DNA from: Terriglobia bacterium
GTDB taxonomy: Bacteria > Acidobacteriota > Terriglobia > 2-12-FULL-54-10
Direction of reading: 5' to 3'
Assembly: GCA_963666975.2 (NCBI GenBank)
Contig: CAXVYR010000003.1
Coordinates: 64,001 to 128,000 of the forward strand
DNA length: 64,000 bases
Below the pieces are notes generated by a model, which was not told the DNA's origin, did no database searches, and saw nothing but the letters and a program-made list of their open reading frames with translations. The translations under genes were made by a program, and so were the position numbers. Shown piece by piece: positions 23,378-33,644 of this stretch (position 1 is the first letter of the stretch; each line of letters begins with the position of its first letter).

Positions 23378-24100
23378 TTACCGCCACCAGGAGATTCCGG
23401 TGTAGATATAGAGCGCATTGTGTCCGGGATTGCGCTCCGCCGTGCTGGCATTGGAAATGTGATGGTAGCGCACGCCAAACACCGCCGCCGAGCGCGGTCG
23501 CCGGAACCAGTAAACTCCGACGCCGCCCTGTGGGGTGAAGTTGAACTGCGATGTGTCTTCCGGAACCTTCCGGGTGATGAACAGCATCCCCGCGCCGGCT
23601 TGGATAAAGGGAACGAAGCGGCTGCCGCCGGAGAAGTTGTATTGCAGCAGGAGGGGAGTGACGCCTCCTCCAAAAACATTTGTGGATTGGCCCATCACGA
23701 AGGCCGGCAAGATTTCCACGGCGTATTCGAGATTTCCGCGAAGCAACCCGGGTCCGTGATTGGTGGTCAGCACGCGGCCCCAGCGCAGGTGCATCGCCCA
23801 AAAGTTGGCGTTGCTGGCGCCTCCGGCAATGCCGACGCCCGCACCGGTGATCGCGCTCCATTCCGTAGCGCCCTTGCGGATGGGCGGCTCCCGGCGCGAC
23901 TGGGTTGGGTCGGCCTGAGCAGAAGGCAAGGTGGAAAGCGGAAGCGCGGCAGGGGGGAGCGCGGCAGGGGGAAGAGTGAATAGCGGAGCAGTGGAGGGAA
24001 CAGGTTCCGCTGCGACGGCCGAAGTCTGGAACAGAATCCACGCTGCCAGCGGCAAAGCGCTCGCGAACAGCGCGCGGCTTACTGCAATGTTGGGCAACAT
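23378..24100 (-). CDS. Acyloxyacyl hydrolase / PagL-like lipid A 3-O-deacylase (outer-membrane beta-barrel)
   Basis: Signal peptide; SQFNFTPQGG and YHHISNA...NPG motifs; aromatic C-terminus. Confidence 0.8.
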   Translation of the reverse strand: MLPNIAVSRALFASALPLAAWILFQTSAVAAEPVPSTAPLFTLPPAALPPAALPLSTLPSAQADPTQSRREPPIRKGATEWSAITGAGVGIAGGASNANFWAMHLRWGRVLTTNHGPGLLRGNLEYAVEILPAFVMGQSTNVFGGGVTPLLLQYNFSGGSRFVPFIQAGAGMLFITRKVPEDTSQFNFTPQGGVGVYWFRRPRSAAVFGVRYHHISNASTAERNPGHNALYIYTGISWWR

Positions 24101-24465
24101 GTCCGCCTCTGCCGGTTGCGTTTTGCCGGATCGGAAGGCCCGATTGTATCATGAGAATTAGCGCAAATTCCTTCGCAGTTTCCATCGTAGTTTCCATCAG
24201 GGCAGCAAAGAATCCATAGCCCAAAGGTCCTGCCGAAAAAAGTGACTTTCCCGCTATTCCCCCCGGACTGGAAGCTGTTTTACAGTGGAGTTGTTGATGA
24301 GGTAAGACTGACCTGAGGGACGCCGGGGGGACGAACTTCAGGGAAGCCTTTCCTGGGGCTGGCGGTGTTCGCCGGCCCTTTTGCTTTTTCCACCCCAACC
24401 GTGCAACCTTATCTTCATTATTAAAGAGACATCCTGATCCTCTGGTTCTCCGGCGCAATGGAATT

Positions 24466-25407
24466 TTGCGTACGGCAGGCCTTGACAGGGATCAGAGAGC
24501 TTTCTATTTTTGGAAGATGCCGACTTCTGTGGCCAATGCAATGCCACCGCCCAGAACCGCCCGCCGGCGGTTTGCGAAAACTCCGAAGCAGACTTTGGGG
24601 CAAAGGGCCAAGGCCACCCTGCGCCATGTGCGGTTTTCTTCCGGAGTTCGTCTCGGCATGCTCGACCTTTCGCCACGGTTCGCCGGGCCGCAGCGCCAGG
24701 AGCTGGAATTTTGGATCCGCAGAATGCCTCCGCTCTTTCGGTCCCGCCTACCACGGCTGAAGCTGGCCGTTGCGGACCGGCTGAGTTTGGCGGGGACGAG
24801 CGTCTTTATCAATATCAATGAGTCTCCACCTTCGGAGAATCAGCTTCCGAAAAAGACCGCCTCGTCCAGCCGCACGCATGCGGTCAGTTTCATTCCAGAG
24901 CGTTACGTGGTGTTGGATGCGGCGCTCTTCCACCGCCGTGTGGAGCTGGGACGCATTCTGTATCATGAACTTTGCCATTTTCTGTGGCCCAGACTGGGAA
25001 ATCCCAGCCGCGAAAAGTTTGCCGCCCTGCTCGTTCGGGAGTTCCGGCAGGGCATCAAAGGAGAACTGGGCTATTCGTCTGAATGGCGCAAAGCAAAGCT
25101 GACGGCGGGAGGAACAGGGCAGAGCAGGAGGAGATTTCTCGGCCGTCAATGGCGGGAATATGTTTGCGAAAGTTTTTGCGACACAGGATCGTTCGTTTTG
25201 CTGGATCGCGAGCGAAGGAGAAATCACTCGGAATATACGCTGAGCGGGATGGCTCGTGACCGGCGCTGCTCGCAATGGTCCCAGTTGGTGTTCGGACGCG
25301 GAGAAGCATCTTTGAAGCACAGAGGCGGCCCGGCCGGTCCACGGAGCAAGAGACCGAAACCTCTTCGCAGCAAGGTTGGCCGTTGGGTCTCAGCTTTTCT
25401 GCGGTGA
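24466..25407 (+). CDS. Hypothetical protein with zincin-like HExxH motif
   Basis: ILYHELCHF and downstream YVCESFCD; start codon uncertain. Confidence 0.6.
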   Translation: MRTAGLDRDQRAFYFWKMPTSVANAMPPPRTARRRFAKTPKQTLGQRAKATLRHVRFSSGVRLGMLDLSPRFAGPQRQELEFWIRRMPPLFRSRLPRLKLAVADRLSLAGTSVFININESPPSENQLPKKTASSSRTHAVSFIPERYVVLDAALFHRRVELGRILYHELCHFLWPRLGNPSREKFAALLVREFRQGIKGELGYSSEWRKAKLTAGGTGQSRRRFLGRQWREYVCESFCDTGSFVLLDRERRRNHSEYTLSGMARDRRCSQWSQLVFGRGEASLKHRGGPAGPRSKRPKPLRSKVGRWVSAFLR

Positions 25408-25875
25408 GCCGGGAGGGGAGGAGATCGCTCCGATGAAGTCCTGCAGCGCGCGCAGCATGTCGGTCACAGTGATGATTCCGACCAGTTTCCCCTCCTCCAG
25501 GACAGGCAAGCAGCCCAGGCGCTTTGTATAGAGCAAGACCACTGCTTCTCCCAGGGGCGAATCGGGGGTGGTGGTGACCGGCTCCTTGGTCATTACCTTT
25601 CCCAACGCAGTGCCTTCGAACACGCGGTTGTACTCCTCCTCTGGGAGGGGCGTCAGGCGGGACGGGGCGTAGCGGGCCACATCCTTGTCGGTGAGAATTC
25701 CCACCAGATGGCCGTTTTCCACGATGGGGATGTGCCGGAGATGCGACCGGCGCAGCAGCAGCGCCGCGTCCAGAAGGCTTTGAGTGACCTCCAAGGTCTG
25801 CGGATCCGCCGTCATGTGCTGGCGCACCTGAACTCGATCCGGCCACCCGATGAGGTCCGTCTGTGTCAAGAACAA
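25390..25875 (-). CDS. CBS domain-containing protein (AcuB-like)
   Basis: Two CBS repeats: RHIPIVENGHLVGILT and GCLPVLEEGKLVGIIT. Confidence 0.85.
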   Translation of the reverse strand: MFLTQTDLIGWPDRVQVRQHMTADPQTLEVTQSLLDAALLLRRSHLRHIPIVENGHLVGILTDKDVARYAPSRLTPLPEEEYNRVFEGTALGKVMTKEPVTTTPDSPLGEAVVLLYTKRLGCLPVLEEGKLVGIITVTDMLRALQDFIGAISSPPGSPQKS

Positions 25876-26193
25876 CCCTCCGCCGCGATCTTTACTGCGG
25901 TTTGATTACTTCTGCTTGCCAGGGCCAATTCTAGCAAATCCTCAGCCCGGCAACAATCAAGCCCTTTCCTCATTATTAGGTTCGCAAGCCTGGATTTTTC
26001 AGGTCAGGTTGCGTTCATTTCGCAAACTGAGAAGTAAGCCGGAGGCGGAACGTGCCCTGACGGGAGTGTAATATTGGGATATACGAACTGGGAAACAGGT
26101 CTAGAATAGCTTGCAGGCAGTTGGGAAAAACGGCACGGGAGGATTATACAGTGGACGCAGGCTTCCGCCGCCACGGGTCAGGGAGGGAAACCG

Positions 26194-26497
26194 ATGCCAA
26201 CAGTGGATGAGGTATATGCCGCACTGCGGCAGTGCATTGATCCGGAGCTTCCTGTCAGCATTGTGGATCTGGGACTGATCTACGAGGTGAAGGTGGAGAA
26301 CGATACGGTGCAAGGTCACGATGACCCTTACAGGAGCAGGCTGTCCGAGCCATGTTTCGATCAGCGAGGAAGTCAAAAGACGTGTGCTCATGATGTCGGG
26401 AGTGCGCGACGCCTCGGTCGAAGTGGTGTGGGAGCCGCGGTGGAGCCCCAGCCTGATGAGCGCCGCCGCCAAGCAAAAGCTCGGAGTCAAGGAGTAG
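26194..26497 (+). pseudogene. SufT/DUF59 Fe-S cluster assembly factor with a single-base frameshift near 26311
   Basis: DPELPVSIVDLGLIY in one frame; KVTMTLTGAGCP...VVWEPRWSPSLMS..KLG in the next frame, ending TAG 26495-26497. Confidence 0.8.
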
Positions 26498-26529
26498 TCC
26501 CGGCGGAGACCTGCGGCTGCCAGTTCAGG

Positions 26530-27462
26530 TCACTTCCCTGGGTGGGCCTCGGTCTCCAGGAATCGCTCGGCGGCCATGGCAGCCATGCAGCCCGTGCCGG
26601 AGGCAGTGATCGCCTGCCGGTAGATGCGGTCCTGCACGTCCCCGCAGGCAAACACCCCGGGGACGTTGGTAATGGGCGCAGGCCGGGTGATGAGATAGCC
26701 GTCGGAGTCCATATCGAGCTGGCCCCGGAAGATGCCCGTGTTCGGAATGTGCCCGATCGCCACGAAAACGGCGCTGACATCCTCTTCCGTCGTCTTCTGT
26801 GTCTTCACGTTTTTCAGCTTCACGCCGGTCACTTCATTCCGCGCCGGGTCGGCAATGTCCTCGACGACTGTGTTCAGCGTGAAACCGATCTTGGCGTTGC
26901 CGCGGGCCCGGTCCAGCATAATCTTGGAGGCTCGGAACTGGTCTCGGCGATGCACCACGTCGACGTGCGAAGCGAACCGGGTAAGAAAGATAGACTCCTC
27001 CATGGCCGAATCGCCACCGCCGACCACCATCACTTTTTTGTCGCGGAAGAAAAAGCCGTCGCAGGTGGCGCAACTGGAGACTCCCTTGCCGATCAGGGTC
27101 TTCTCAGCGTCCAGACCCAGCCAGCGCGCGGAGGCGCCGGAAGCGACGATCAGAGCGCGCGTCTGAATCGGTTCGCCGTTCACCGTCAGCGTGAAGGGGC
27201 TCTTCGATAGATCCGCTGCGGTGACATCCCCCGCTTTGTACTCGGTTCCAAAACGCGCCGCCTGATCCTTCATCCGCTGGATCAACTCCGGACCCTGCAC
27301 GCCCTCCGGGAATCCCGGGAAATTTTCCACCAGGGTCGTGAGCGACAATTGTCCTCCCGCTTCCCGGCCTTCGATGACCAGTGGATTCAGATTCGCGCGC
27401 CCGGTATAGATGGCGGCGGTCAGCCCGGCGCATCCCGACCCGATAATGACTACATCCCGCAT
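26530..27462 (-). CDS. trxB: Thioredoxin-disulfide reductase
   Basis: GSGCAG, CATCDG, GGGDSA, HRRD, GDV..YRQA. Confidence 0.95.
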   Translation of the reverse strand: MRDVVIIGSGCAGLTAAIYTGRANLNPLVIEGREAGGQLSLTTLVENFPGFPEGVQGPELIQRMKDQAARFGTEYKAGDVTAADLSKSPFTLTVNGEPIQTRALIVASGASARWLGLDAEKTLIGKGVSSCATCDGFFFRDKKVMVVGGGDSAMEESIFLTRFASHVDVVHRRDQFRASKIMLDRARGNAKIGFTLNTVVEDIADPARNEVTGVKLKNVKTQKTTEEDVSAVFVAIGHIPNTGIFRGQLDMDSDGYLITRPAPITNVPGVFACGDVQDRIYRQAITASGTGCMAAMAAERFLETEAHPGK

Positions 27463-27676
27463 GCTGTTGTGTTCCTCTCAAAAATTAAAATGACTGTCAC
27501 AGGATCGCTGTGTAAATCAGCCTATTGTAGCTGCTTTTCGCGTTTCAATAACAGTTCCGCCCTATGGGATGCGCCTCTGCGGCACAAGGATTCAGCGTCG
27601 CCAGAGCAGCACCGTCGAGCCGCTTCTTAAATGGACGGGAAAACAGCGCCGAGGCGCTGCCGCAAGGGTTTTTCCC

Positions 27677-27729
27677 TTGACAGGGGAAGGCGGGGAAAGG
27701 GATAATGTTAATGCAAGTCATTTGCAATA
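27677..27729 (+). promoter_or_regulatory. sigma70 promoter with adjacent Fur-box-like operator
   Basis: TTGACA-18-GATAAT, then TAATGCAAGTCATTTGCAATA (inverted repeat TGCAA-N5-TTGCA) upstream of iron-uptake genes. Confidence 0.7.
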
Positions 27730-27874
27730 AGAAAGGCTGTTTTTGGCTCCTCCAAACGACACCCGCTGCTCGAAAGACAGGGGCACGAACCTCCGCCGTC
27801 TCGGTTGGTCCGAGATTTTCATTATGCGCTTCTTGAATGGATTGTAAGGGAAAAGGGCGTCAACGGGTCCATAT

Positions 27875-29140
27875 ATGGTGCAGGCACTGATCGTTACGCT
27901 CCGGGAAGGCGTAGAAGCCGCTCTGGTGATTGGGATTGCCGTGGCCTACCTGGGCAAATCCGGGAGGGGCCATTTAGTGAGAGTGGTCTACTTCGCTCTG
28001 GCTGCTGCCGTCGCTGCCAGCGTTGCAGGCGCAGTGTTGCTGCAACGTGTCAGCTTAAACCAGGAAGCCGTGGAGGGATGGCTTCTGCTGCTGGCGGCTT
28101 TTTTTGTGGCGACGGTGGTGTACTGGATGCAGCGCACGGCCCGCACGCTGCGGCACCGCATTGAGCAGCGTCTGGAGACTGTCTCCGCCCAGCACAAAAC
28201 CTCCGTTCTCGGTGTCTTTCTTTTTGTCTTTTTCATGGTGTTCCGCGAGGGGATGGAGACGATCCTAATTCTCTCGGCAGTATCCTGGAACTCAACCGAT
28301 TTGCTGAGCTTGATTGGAACCGGTGTCGGCCTGGCTCTGGCTGTCGTCTTTGGCATTGTTTTTGTGCGAGGCACCCTCCGGATGGACCTGCGGAAATTTT
28401 TCCGCGTGACCAGCATCATCCTGGCGTGCGTGGTGCTGCAATTGCTGGTGACCGGCCTGCACGAGCTTTCCGAAGCGCAGGTTCTGCCCAGCAGCCAGCG
28501 GGAGATGGCCGTGGTGGGGCCGATTGTAAGCAACAGCGTGTTCTTCTTCGTCGTCATCCTGGCCCTGGCCGCTCTCATGGTGCTGTTTGACTGGCGGTCC
28601 CGCCAGGCCGGTCTGTCCCCGGCCGGCGAGGTTTCCCGCTCCGAACTGCGCAAGCAGCAGTGGGGAGCACGGAAGGAAAAGTTTTGGGCGGTTGCCGTCT
28701 GCCTGAGCGCATTTGTTTTCGCGGTGCTCGTGACGGCTGAATTTATCTATGCCAAGAGTGCGACGGCGCTTTCCGAGGCCCGGCCCGTGACGGCGGAGCA
28801 GGGCGCGATTCTCATTCCCACAGAAAGCGTTTCCGACGGAAACCTCCATCGGTTTATTTACACGGCGGGCGATGTCACCACCCGCTTCATCGTCATTCGA
28901 GTCGGTTCCCGTTTGGCCACGGCCCTGGACGCCTGCGACATCTGCGGCGCGCAGGGCTACTACCAAAATGGGGCGACCATCATTTGCCGGAACTGCGCGG
29001 CGGAAATCTTCGGTCCCACCATTGGTTTGAGCGGCGGCTGCAACCCGGCGCCTCTGCCCTCGACGATTGAGGGAGCCATGTTGCGGATCGAGGCCGCTGA
29101 TCTGGAGTCCGGCGCGCGGTACTTTCACGCTCACCCGTGA
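27875..29140 (+). CDS. FTR1 iron permease fused to DUF2318 (Cys-rich, predicted Fe-S binding)
   Basis: Two RExxE motifs (LREGVE, FREGME); C-terminal CDIC..ICRNC..GGCNP. Confidence 0.85.
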   Translation: MVQALIVTLREGVEAALVIGIAVAYLGKSGRGHLVRVVYFALAAAVAASVAGAVLLQRVSLNQEAVEGWLLLLAAFFVATVVYWMQRTARTLRHRIEQRLETVSAQHKTSVLGVFLFVFFMVFREGMETILILSAVSWNSTDLLSLIGTGVGLALAVVFGIVFVRGTLRMDLRKFFRVTSIILACVVLQLLVTGLHELSEAQVLPSSQREMAVVGPIVSNSVFFFVVILALAALMVLFDWRSRQAGLSPAGEVSRSELRKQQWGARKEKFWAVAVCLSAFVFAVLVTAEFIYAKSATALSEARPVTAEQGAILIPTESVSDGNLHRFIYTAGDVTTRFIVIRVGSRLATALDACDICGAQGYYQNGATIICRNCAAEIFGPTIGLSGGCNPAPLPSTIEGAMLRIEAADLESGARYFHAHP

Positions 29141-29146
29141 GTTGCG

Positions 29147-30478
29147 ATGTTTTGGAAAGTTGTACAGGAATCATTCTTGAGGCCCGGCCGCCGCCGCCGC
29201 GCCCTGTGGGCCATGCTAGCGGTCGCCCTGGGAACAGCAGTTGCCGCCGCCATGCTGCATGTGTCGCTTGATATCGGCGACAAGATGGGCAGGGAACTGA
29301 GAACCTTGGGGGCCAACATTGTTGTCACCCCATCGGCGGATACGCTGCCTGTCGAGATCGGCGGCATTGATTATCGTCCCGTGTCGGAAGGCGCCTATAT
29401 TGAGGAATCGTCTCTCGCCAAGCTGAAGGAGATCTTCTGGCGCAACAACATCATCGCCTTCGCCCCGTACCTGTACATGCCGGTTCGCGTCGAAGGTCAG
29501 CCCGCGAGCCATTCCTCAATTCTGGTGGGAACCTGGTGGGAGCATCCCGTTGTTACCTCGACGGGCGATCAGTTCCAGACCGGCGTCCAGCAGCTCAATC
29601 CCACATGGAAATTGGAAGGCCAGCCGATTCGGGATTCCGTGTCCGGTGCAGACGGGAACGTTTGCTGGATCGGCAGCTCTTTGGCCGAAGCGCTGGGCCT
29701 CGGATTGGGGGATACCGTACGCTTGGCGGCCACGGATGAGGATGCGGAACCGGGAGCGGCCGTCGGAAGAGGGGAACTTTCGCTCGTTGTGAAAGGCATC
29801 CTGACCACCGGAGGCGCCGAGGACAATCAGATTTTCACCTCCTTGGGCTTGGTGCAGTCTTGGGCCGGATTGGACGGCAAGGTCCGCAAGGTTGAGGTAA
29901 GCGCTCTGATCAAGCCCGAGGACGAACTTTCCCGCCGCGATCCCGCGACCATGACGCCGGCACAGTATGACCGCTGGTATTGCTCGCCGTATCTTTCTTC
30001 GATCCTTCATCAGATTGGCGAGGTCCTGCCGGGAACTGCCTCGCGGCAGATTCGGCAAGTGGCTGAAACACAGGGGAACGTGCTGAGTCAGCTGACGTTT
30101 CTGCTGTGGATGCTGGCGCTTTTGGCGCTGACGGCCGCGGCGCTCAGCATATCGAGTATCGCCAGTCTAACTGTTATGGAGCGGCGGAAGGAAATCGGAT
30201 TGATGAAAGCCATTGGAGCCCCGGATTGGCTGGTTGCCTCCTTCTTCCTGGCGGAGATCACCGTGCAGGGCGTCGCGGGCGGGATTTTGGGTTTTGTCGG
30301 CGGGCAGCTTCTGGCGAAGGTCGTGGGGCGAGTGGTGTTCGGCGCCGATGTCGCGGTCAACTGGATGCTTTTGCCGCTGATGCTGCTGGTGGCATTGGGC
30401 GTCAGTTTTGCAGGGACTTGGCTGCCTTTGAAGCGGGCCGTTCACAATGATCCGGCGTGGGTGTTGCGCGAGGAATAA
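29147..30478 (+). CDS. ABC transporter permease (FtsX/MacB family, Fet-type)
   Basis: ELRTLGANI, WYCSPY, ERRKEIGLMKAIGA. Confidence 0.88.
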   Translation: MFWKVVQESFLRPGRRRRALWAMLAVALGTAVAAAMLHVSLDIGDKMGRELRTLGANIVVTPSADTLPVEIGGIDYRPVSEGAYIEESSLAKLKEIFWRNNIIAFAPYLYMPVRVEGQPASHSSILVGTWWEHPVVTSTGDQFQTGVQQLNPTWKLEGQPIRDSVSGADGNVCWIGSSLAEALGLGLGDTVRLAATDEDAEPGAAVGRGELSLVVKGILTTGGAEDNQIFTSLGLVQSWAGLDGKVRKVEVSALIKPEDELSRRDPATMTPAQYDRWYCSPYLSSILHQIGEVLPGTASRQIRQVAETQGNVLSQLTFLLWMLALLALTAAALSISSIASLTVMERRKEIGLMKAIGAPDWLVASFFLAEITVQGVAGGILGFVGGQLLAKVVGRVVFGADVAVNWMLLPLMLLVALGVSFAGTWLPLKRAVHNDPAWVLREE

Positions 30479-30495
30479 ATGAACGGGAGAAATAA

Positions 30496-31701
30496 ATGAG
30501 CCGATGGGCGATTTTCTTTCGCGTCGTATCCCGGGCCTTCTGGTTTCGTCCCGGACGTGTTTCCGCCGCGCTGGCTTCCTTGACTGTGGGTGCCACCCTG
30601 GCCAGCGCCTTTCTGAATCTGTATTTCGAGTTGCCCCGAAAGATGACAGGAGAGTTCCGCAGCTTGGGAGCCAATCTGGTGCTGGCCCCCGCCGGCAACG
30701 CGCAGACCTTGCCGGAGAGCGTTTTTCACCAGGTTGGTGCTCAGCATCATCCGCCGGAGCTTTCCCGCCTGCCGTGGTTGTATGCGGTCGGCGAGGTGGG
30801 CAATGAAGACGTGATTTTCGGCGGCACGGATCTCGCCGGGCTGGCCGCCATGAATCCTTGGTGGCAAGTTATGGGGTGGCAAGTTCTGGGCGATACCGCA
30901 CGGAATGCTTCTCCTGGGAACCTGGAAGCTTTTCTGAAAACGGAAGCTTCTCTGCAAGGGCAGTCGCCGGAAAATCAAGACAGGTGGCTCCTGGCGGGAG
31001 AAAAAGCCGCCTCCCATTTCGGGTTGCACCCAGGAGAAACAGTCCAACTAGATTATGGCGAGAGAGCGCTGAAGCTGCCTTTACTGGCCGTTGTATCGAC
31101 GGGCGGAAGCGAAGACTCACAGCTCTTTCTGCCGCTCCCCGCTTTACAAGAGTTGACCGGCCAGCCGGAGCGGCTCAGTTTGATCGAGTTGCGGGCGCAG
31201 GGATCGGGCGAGCAGGTGGAGACCGTTCGGCAAAGCTTGGCGGCCCTGTTGCCGCAAACCGAGGTGCGCCCGCTCCGGCAGGTGGTGGAGTCTGAGGCCC
31301 TGGTGGTGATGAAGGTCCGCTGGCTGATGTTTGGGCTGACGGCCATCGTCCTCGGCATTGTGGTCCTCAGCGTGATGACTACGGTGAGCGGCTTGGTGCT
31401 CGACCGCCAGCGGGAGATTGGCGTCATGAAAGCGCTGGGCGGAAGCGACGGCATGATCTCGCTTTTGTTTGTCACCGAAACCGCCTGCTATGCATCGCTG
31501 GCCGCAGTGTTAGGTTACCTGGCCGGTTTCGGGCTGTCGCAGTGGGCCGCGCTGCGTATGTTTGGGTCGGTTTTGCAGTGGCGCTGGGACGTCCTGCCGG
31601 CGGTTGTGGCGGTGACGCTGGGGGTGGCCCTGATGGCAACGGCGTTCCCCATCCATCTGGTTCGGAAGGTGGACCCAGCCGTGAGCTTGAGAGGCAATTG
31701 A
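30496..31701 (+). CDS. ABC transporter permease (FtsX/MacB family)
   Basis: EFRSLGANL, DRQREIGVMKALG. Confidence 0.88.
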   Translation: MSRWAIFFRVVSRAFWFRPGRVSAALASLTVGATLASAFLNLYFELPRKMTGEFRSLGANLVLAPAGNAQTLPESVFHQVGAQHHPPELSRLPWLYAVGEVGNEDVIFGGTDLAGLAAMNPWWQVMGWQVLGDTARNASPGNLEAFLKTEASLQGQSPENQDRWLLAGEKAASHFGLHPGETVQLDYGERALKLPLLAVVSTGGSEDSQLFLPLPALQELTGQPERLSLIELRAQGSGEQVETVRQSLAALLPQTEVRPLRQVVESEALVVMKVRWLMFGLTAIVLGIVVLSVMTTVSGLVLDRQREIGVMKALGGSDGMISLLFVTETACYASLAAVLGYLAGFGLSQWAALRMFGSVLQWRWDVLPAVVAVTLGVALMATAFPIHLVRKVDPAVSLRGN

Positions 31702-31702
31702 G

Positions 31703-32824
31703 ATGACGGAAGCCAGGAATCATGCGGGCGCGGGCGAGAAGGCGGGCTCTCCGTTGATTGAGTTAGCGGGACTGCACAAAGGATACGGCCCGGCTGTGAT
31801 GGCGCTGGAGAATGTCAGCTTCACGGTCGGTCGCGGCGAGTGGATCGCAGTAATGGGTCCGTCGGGCTCGGGCAAGACGACGTTGCTGAACATCATCGGG
31901 TGTCTCGACTCCCCGACCTCAGGCCGGGTGGTGATTGAAGGAGAAGACGTCAGCCATTTCAGCAAACGGGATTTGGCTAATTTTCGTGCGGAAAAAGTAG
32001 GATTTGTTTTCCAGCAGTTTCATCTGATCCCCTATCTGACGGCGCTGGAGAATGTCCTGATGGCGCAGTATTTCCACAGCATGACGGACAAGCAGGAAGC
32101 CTTGCAGGTGCTCGGCCGCGTGGGCCTGTCGCACCGCGCGCATCATCTTCCTTCCGAGCTTTCCGGCGGGGAGCAGCAACGGGTGGCCATTGCGCGTGCC
32201 CTGGTCAACCAGCCGGTCCTTCTGCTGGCCGATGAGCCGACGGGGAACCTCGATGCGGAAAATGAGGAGATCGTCATGGGGTTGTTTCGGGAGCTGCACG
32301 CCGAGGGGCACAGCATTGTCATGGTCACGCATGACCCCGTGATCGGTTGCATGGCCGACCGCCGCATCGAGCTGGAGCATGGCCGCATCTCGACGACCAC
32401 CACGTTTTCCTTTGAGGAAGAAACCGGTTTCGATGAGGTGCTCGAACAGATCTGGGTGATGAAGGAAGAAAAGATCGAGCCGCGCCCCGAACTGCTCCAA
32501 TTCAACGGAGGCGGCAATTGGAAGGTTCTGCCCGTCATGAAGGAGATCGGGTTATTGCGGTCCGACGGGCTTGCTTTGGAGATGACGGACCAGGGGCGGG
32601 AGCGCGCCGCCAGCATCATCCGGCGTCACCGGCTCGCCGAGCGGCTTTTCACCGATGCCTTCGACATGCGGGACGACCAGCAGTTGGAATCAAACGCCTG
32701 CACCTTCGAGCATATCCTGAGCCCGGAGGTCACCGAGCGCATATGCACCTTTCTGCATCATCCCGCCCACTGTCCTCACGGAAGTCCCATTCCGCCGGGG
32801 GAGTGCTGCCCCGGCAGTGGTTGA
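31703..32824 (+). CDS. ABC ATPase fused to a DtxR/MntR-type metal-binding/dimerisation domain
   Basis: [24 protein letters not shown]; C-terminal RRHRLAERLF..ACTFEHILS..CPHGSPIP. Confidence 0.88.
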   Translation: MTEARNHAGAGEKAGSPLIELAGLHKGYGPAVMALENVSFTVGRGEWIAVMGPSGSGKTTLLNIIGCLDSPTSGRVVIEGEDVSHFSKRDLANFRAEKVGFVFQQFHLIPYLTALENVLMAQYFHSMTDKQEALQVLGRVGLSHRAHHLPSELSGGEQQRVAIARALVNQPVLLLADEPTGNLDAENEEIVMGLFRELHAEGHSIVMVTHDPVIGCMADRRIELEHGRISTTTTFSFEEETGFDEVLEQIWVMKEEKIEPRPELLQFNGGGNWKVLPVMKEIGLLRSDGLALEMTDQGRERAASIIRRHRLAERLFTDAFDMRDDQQLESNACTFEHILSPEVTERICTFLHHPAHCPHGSPIPPGECCPGSG

Positions 32825-32913
32825 GCCGCGACCGTGAGGGAGCGGGTAAGAAACCAATGGAAAGACCCATTCCTCTCGCCTATCTGATCACCTTATCGGC
32901 ACTGTGCGGATAA
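32824..32913 (+). repeat. REP-like palindrome followed by a short RAYT-like N-terminal remnant
   Basis: AGCCGCGACCGTGAGGGAGCGG, then MERPIPLAYLITL. Confidence 0.45.
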
Positions 32914-33080
32914 GGAAGCACGAAGGCTCTGTCAACTTGGCGGCGCGGCCATCAGCTGATGCAACGGCTCAGCGCGCGGAACAGAACCGTTTGCAAACCG
33001 GAGGCGGGAGTGGGACAATAATTATCTAAGGTTCGACGACCGGGGTTCGGCTTCTAAGATTCGGCGGCTGGGGTTCGCTT

Positions 33081-33605
33081 ATGGCGGCACAAAACACTGT
33101 GGTTTCCGGGACTGACTCGAAGGGGCAAGGCTGGGAAGGCATTATTACCGCCTCCCTGGACCACGCCATCAACTGGGCGCGCAAGTCTTCTCTGTGGCCG
33201 ATGTCGTTCGGCTTGGCCTGTTGCGCCATCGAGATGATGTCGATGGGCGCTTCCCGCTTCGACATCGCCCGCTTCGGAGCCGAAGTCTTTCGGCCCTCGC
33301 CGCGCCAAGCCGACCTGATGATTATCGCCGGTCGCGTGTCGCAGAAGATGGCGCCGGTCATTCGGCTACTGTACGAGCAGATGCCCGAGCCCAAATGGGT
33401 GATCTCGATGGGCGCCTGTGCCACCTCCGGCGGGGTCTTCAATAATTATGCCATCGTTCAGGGGGTCAACCAAGTCATCCCGGTGGATGTCTACGTTCCC
33501 GGGTGCCCTCCGCGCCCCGAGCAGCTGATCCACGCCATTCTCCTGTTACAAAAAAAGATCGAAAAGGATCGCGGCAGCTTCAAGCGGACGGCTAACCTGA
33601 GTTAG
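33081..33605 (+). CDS. nuoB: NADH-quinone oxidoreductase subunit B (stand-alone)
   Basis: [33 protein letters not shown]. Confidence 0.93.
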   Translation: MAAQNTVVSGTDSKGQGWEGIITASLDHAINWARKSSLWPMSFGLACCAIEMMSMGASRFDIARFGAEVFRPSPRQADLMIIAGRVSQKMAPVIRLLYEQMPEPKWVISMGACATSGGVFNNYAIVQGVNQVIPVDVYVPGCPPRPEQLIHAILLLQKKIEKDRGSFKRTANLS

Positions 33606-33644
33606 CTCTTGCCACGAAGCCAGTGAAGATTAGGCCAGCAAAGA

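Noticed and set aside
26194-27210. 338-aa ORF as a real protein
   Set aside because: Product of the sufT-like frameshift running antisense through trxB
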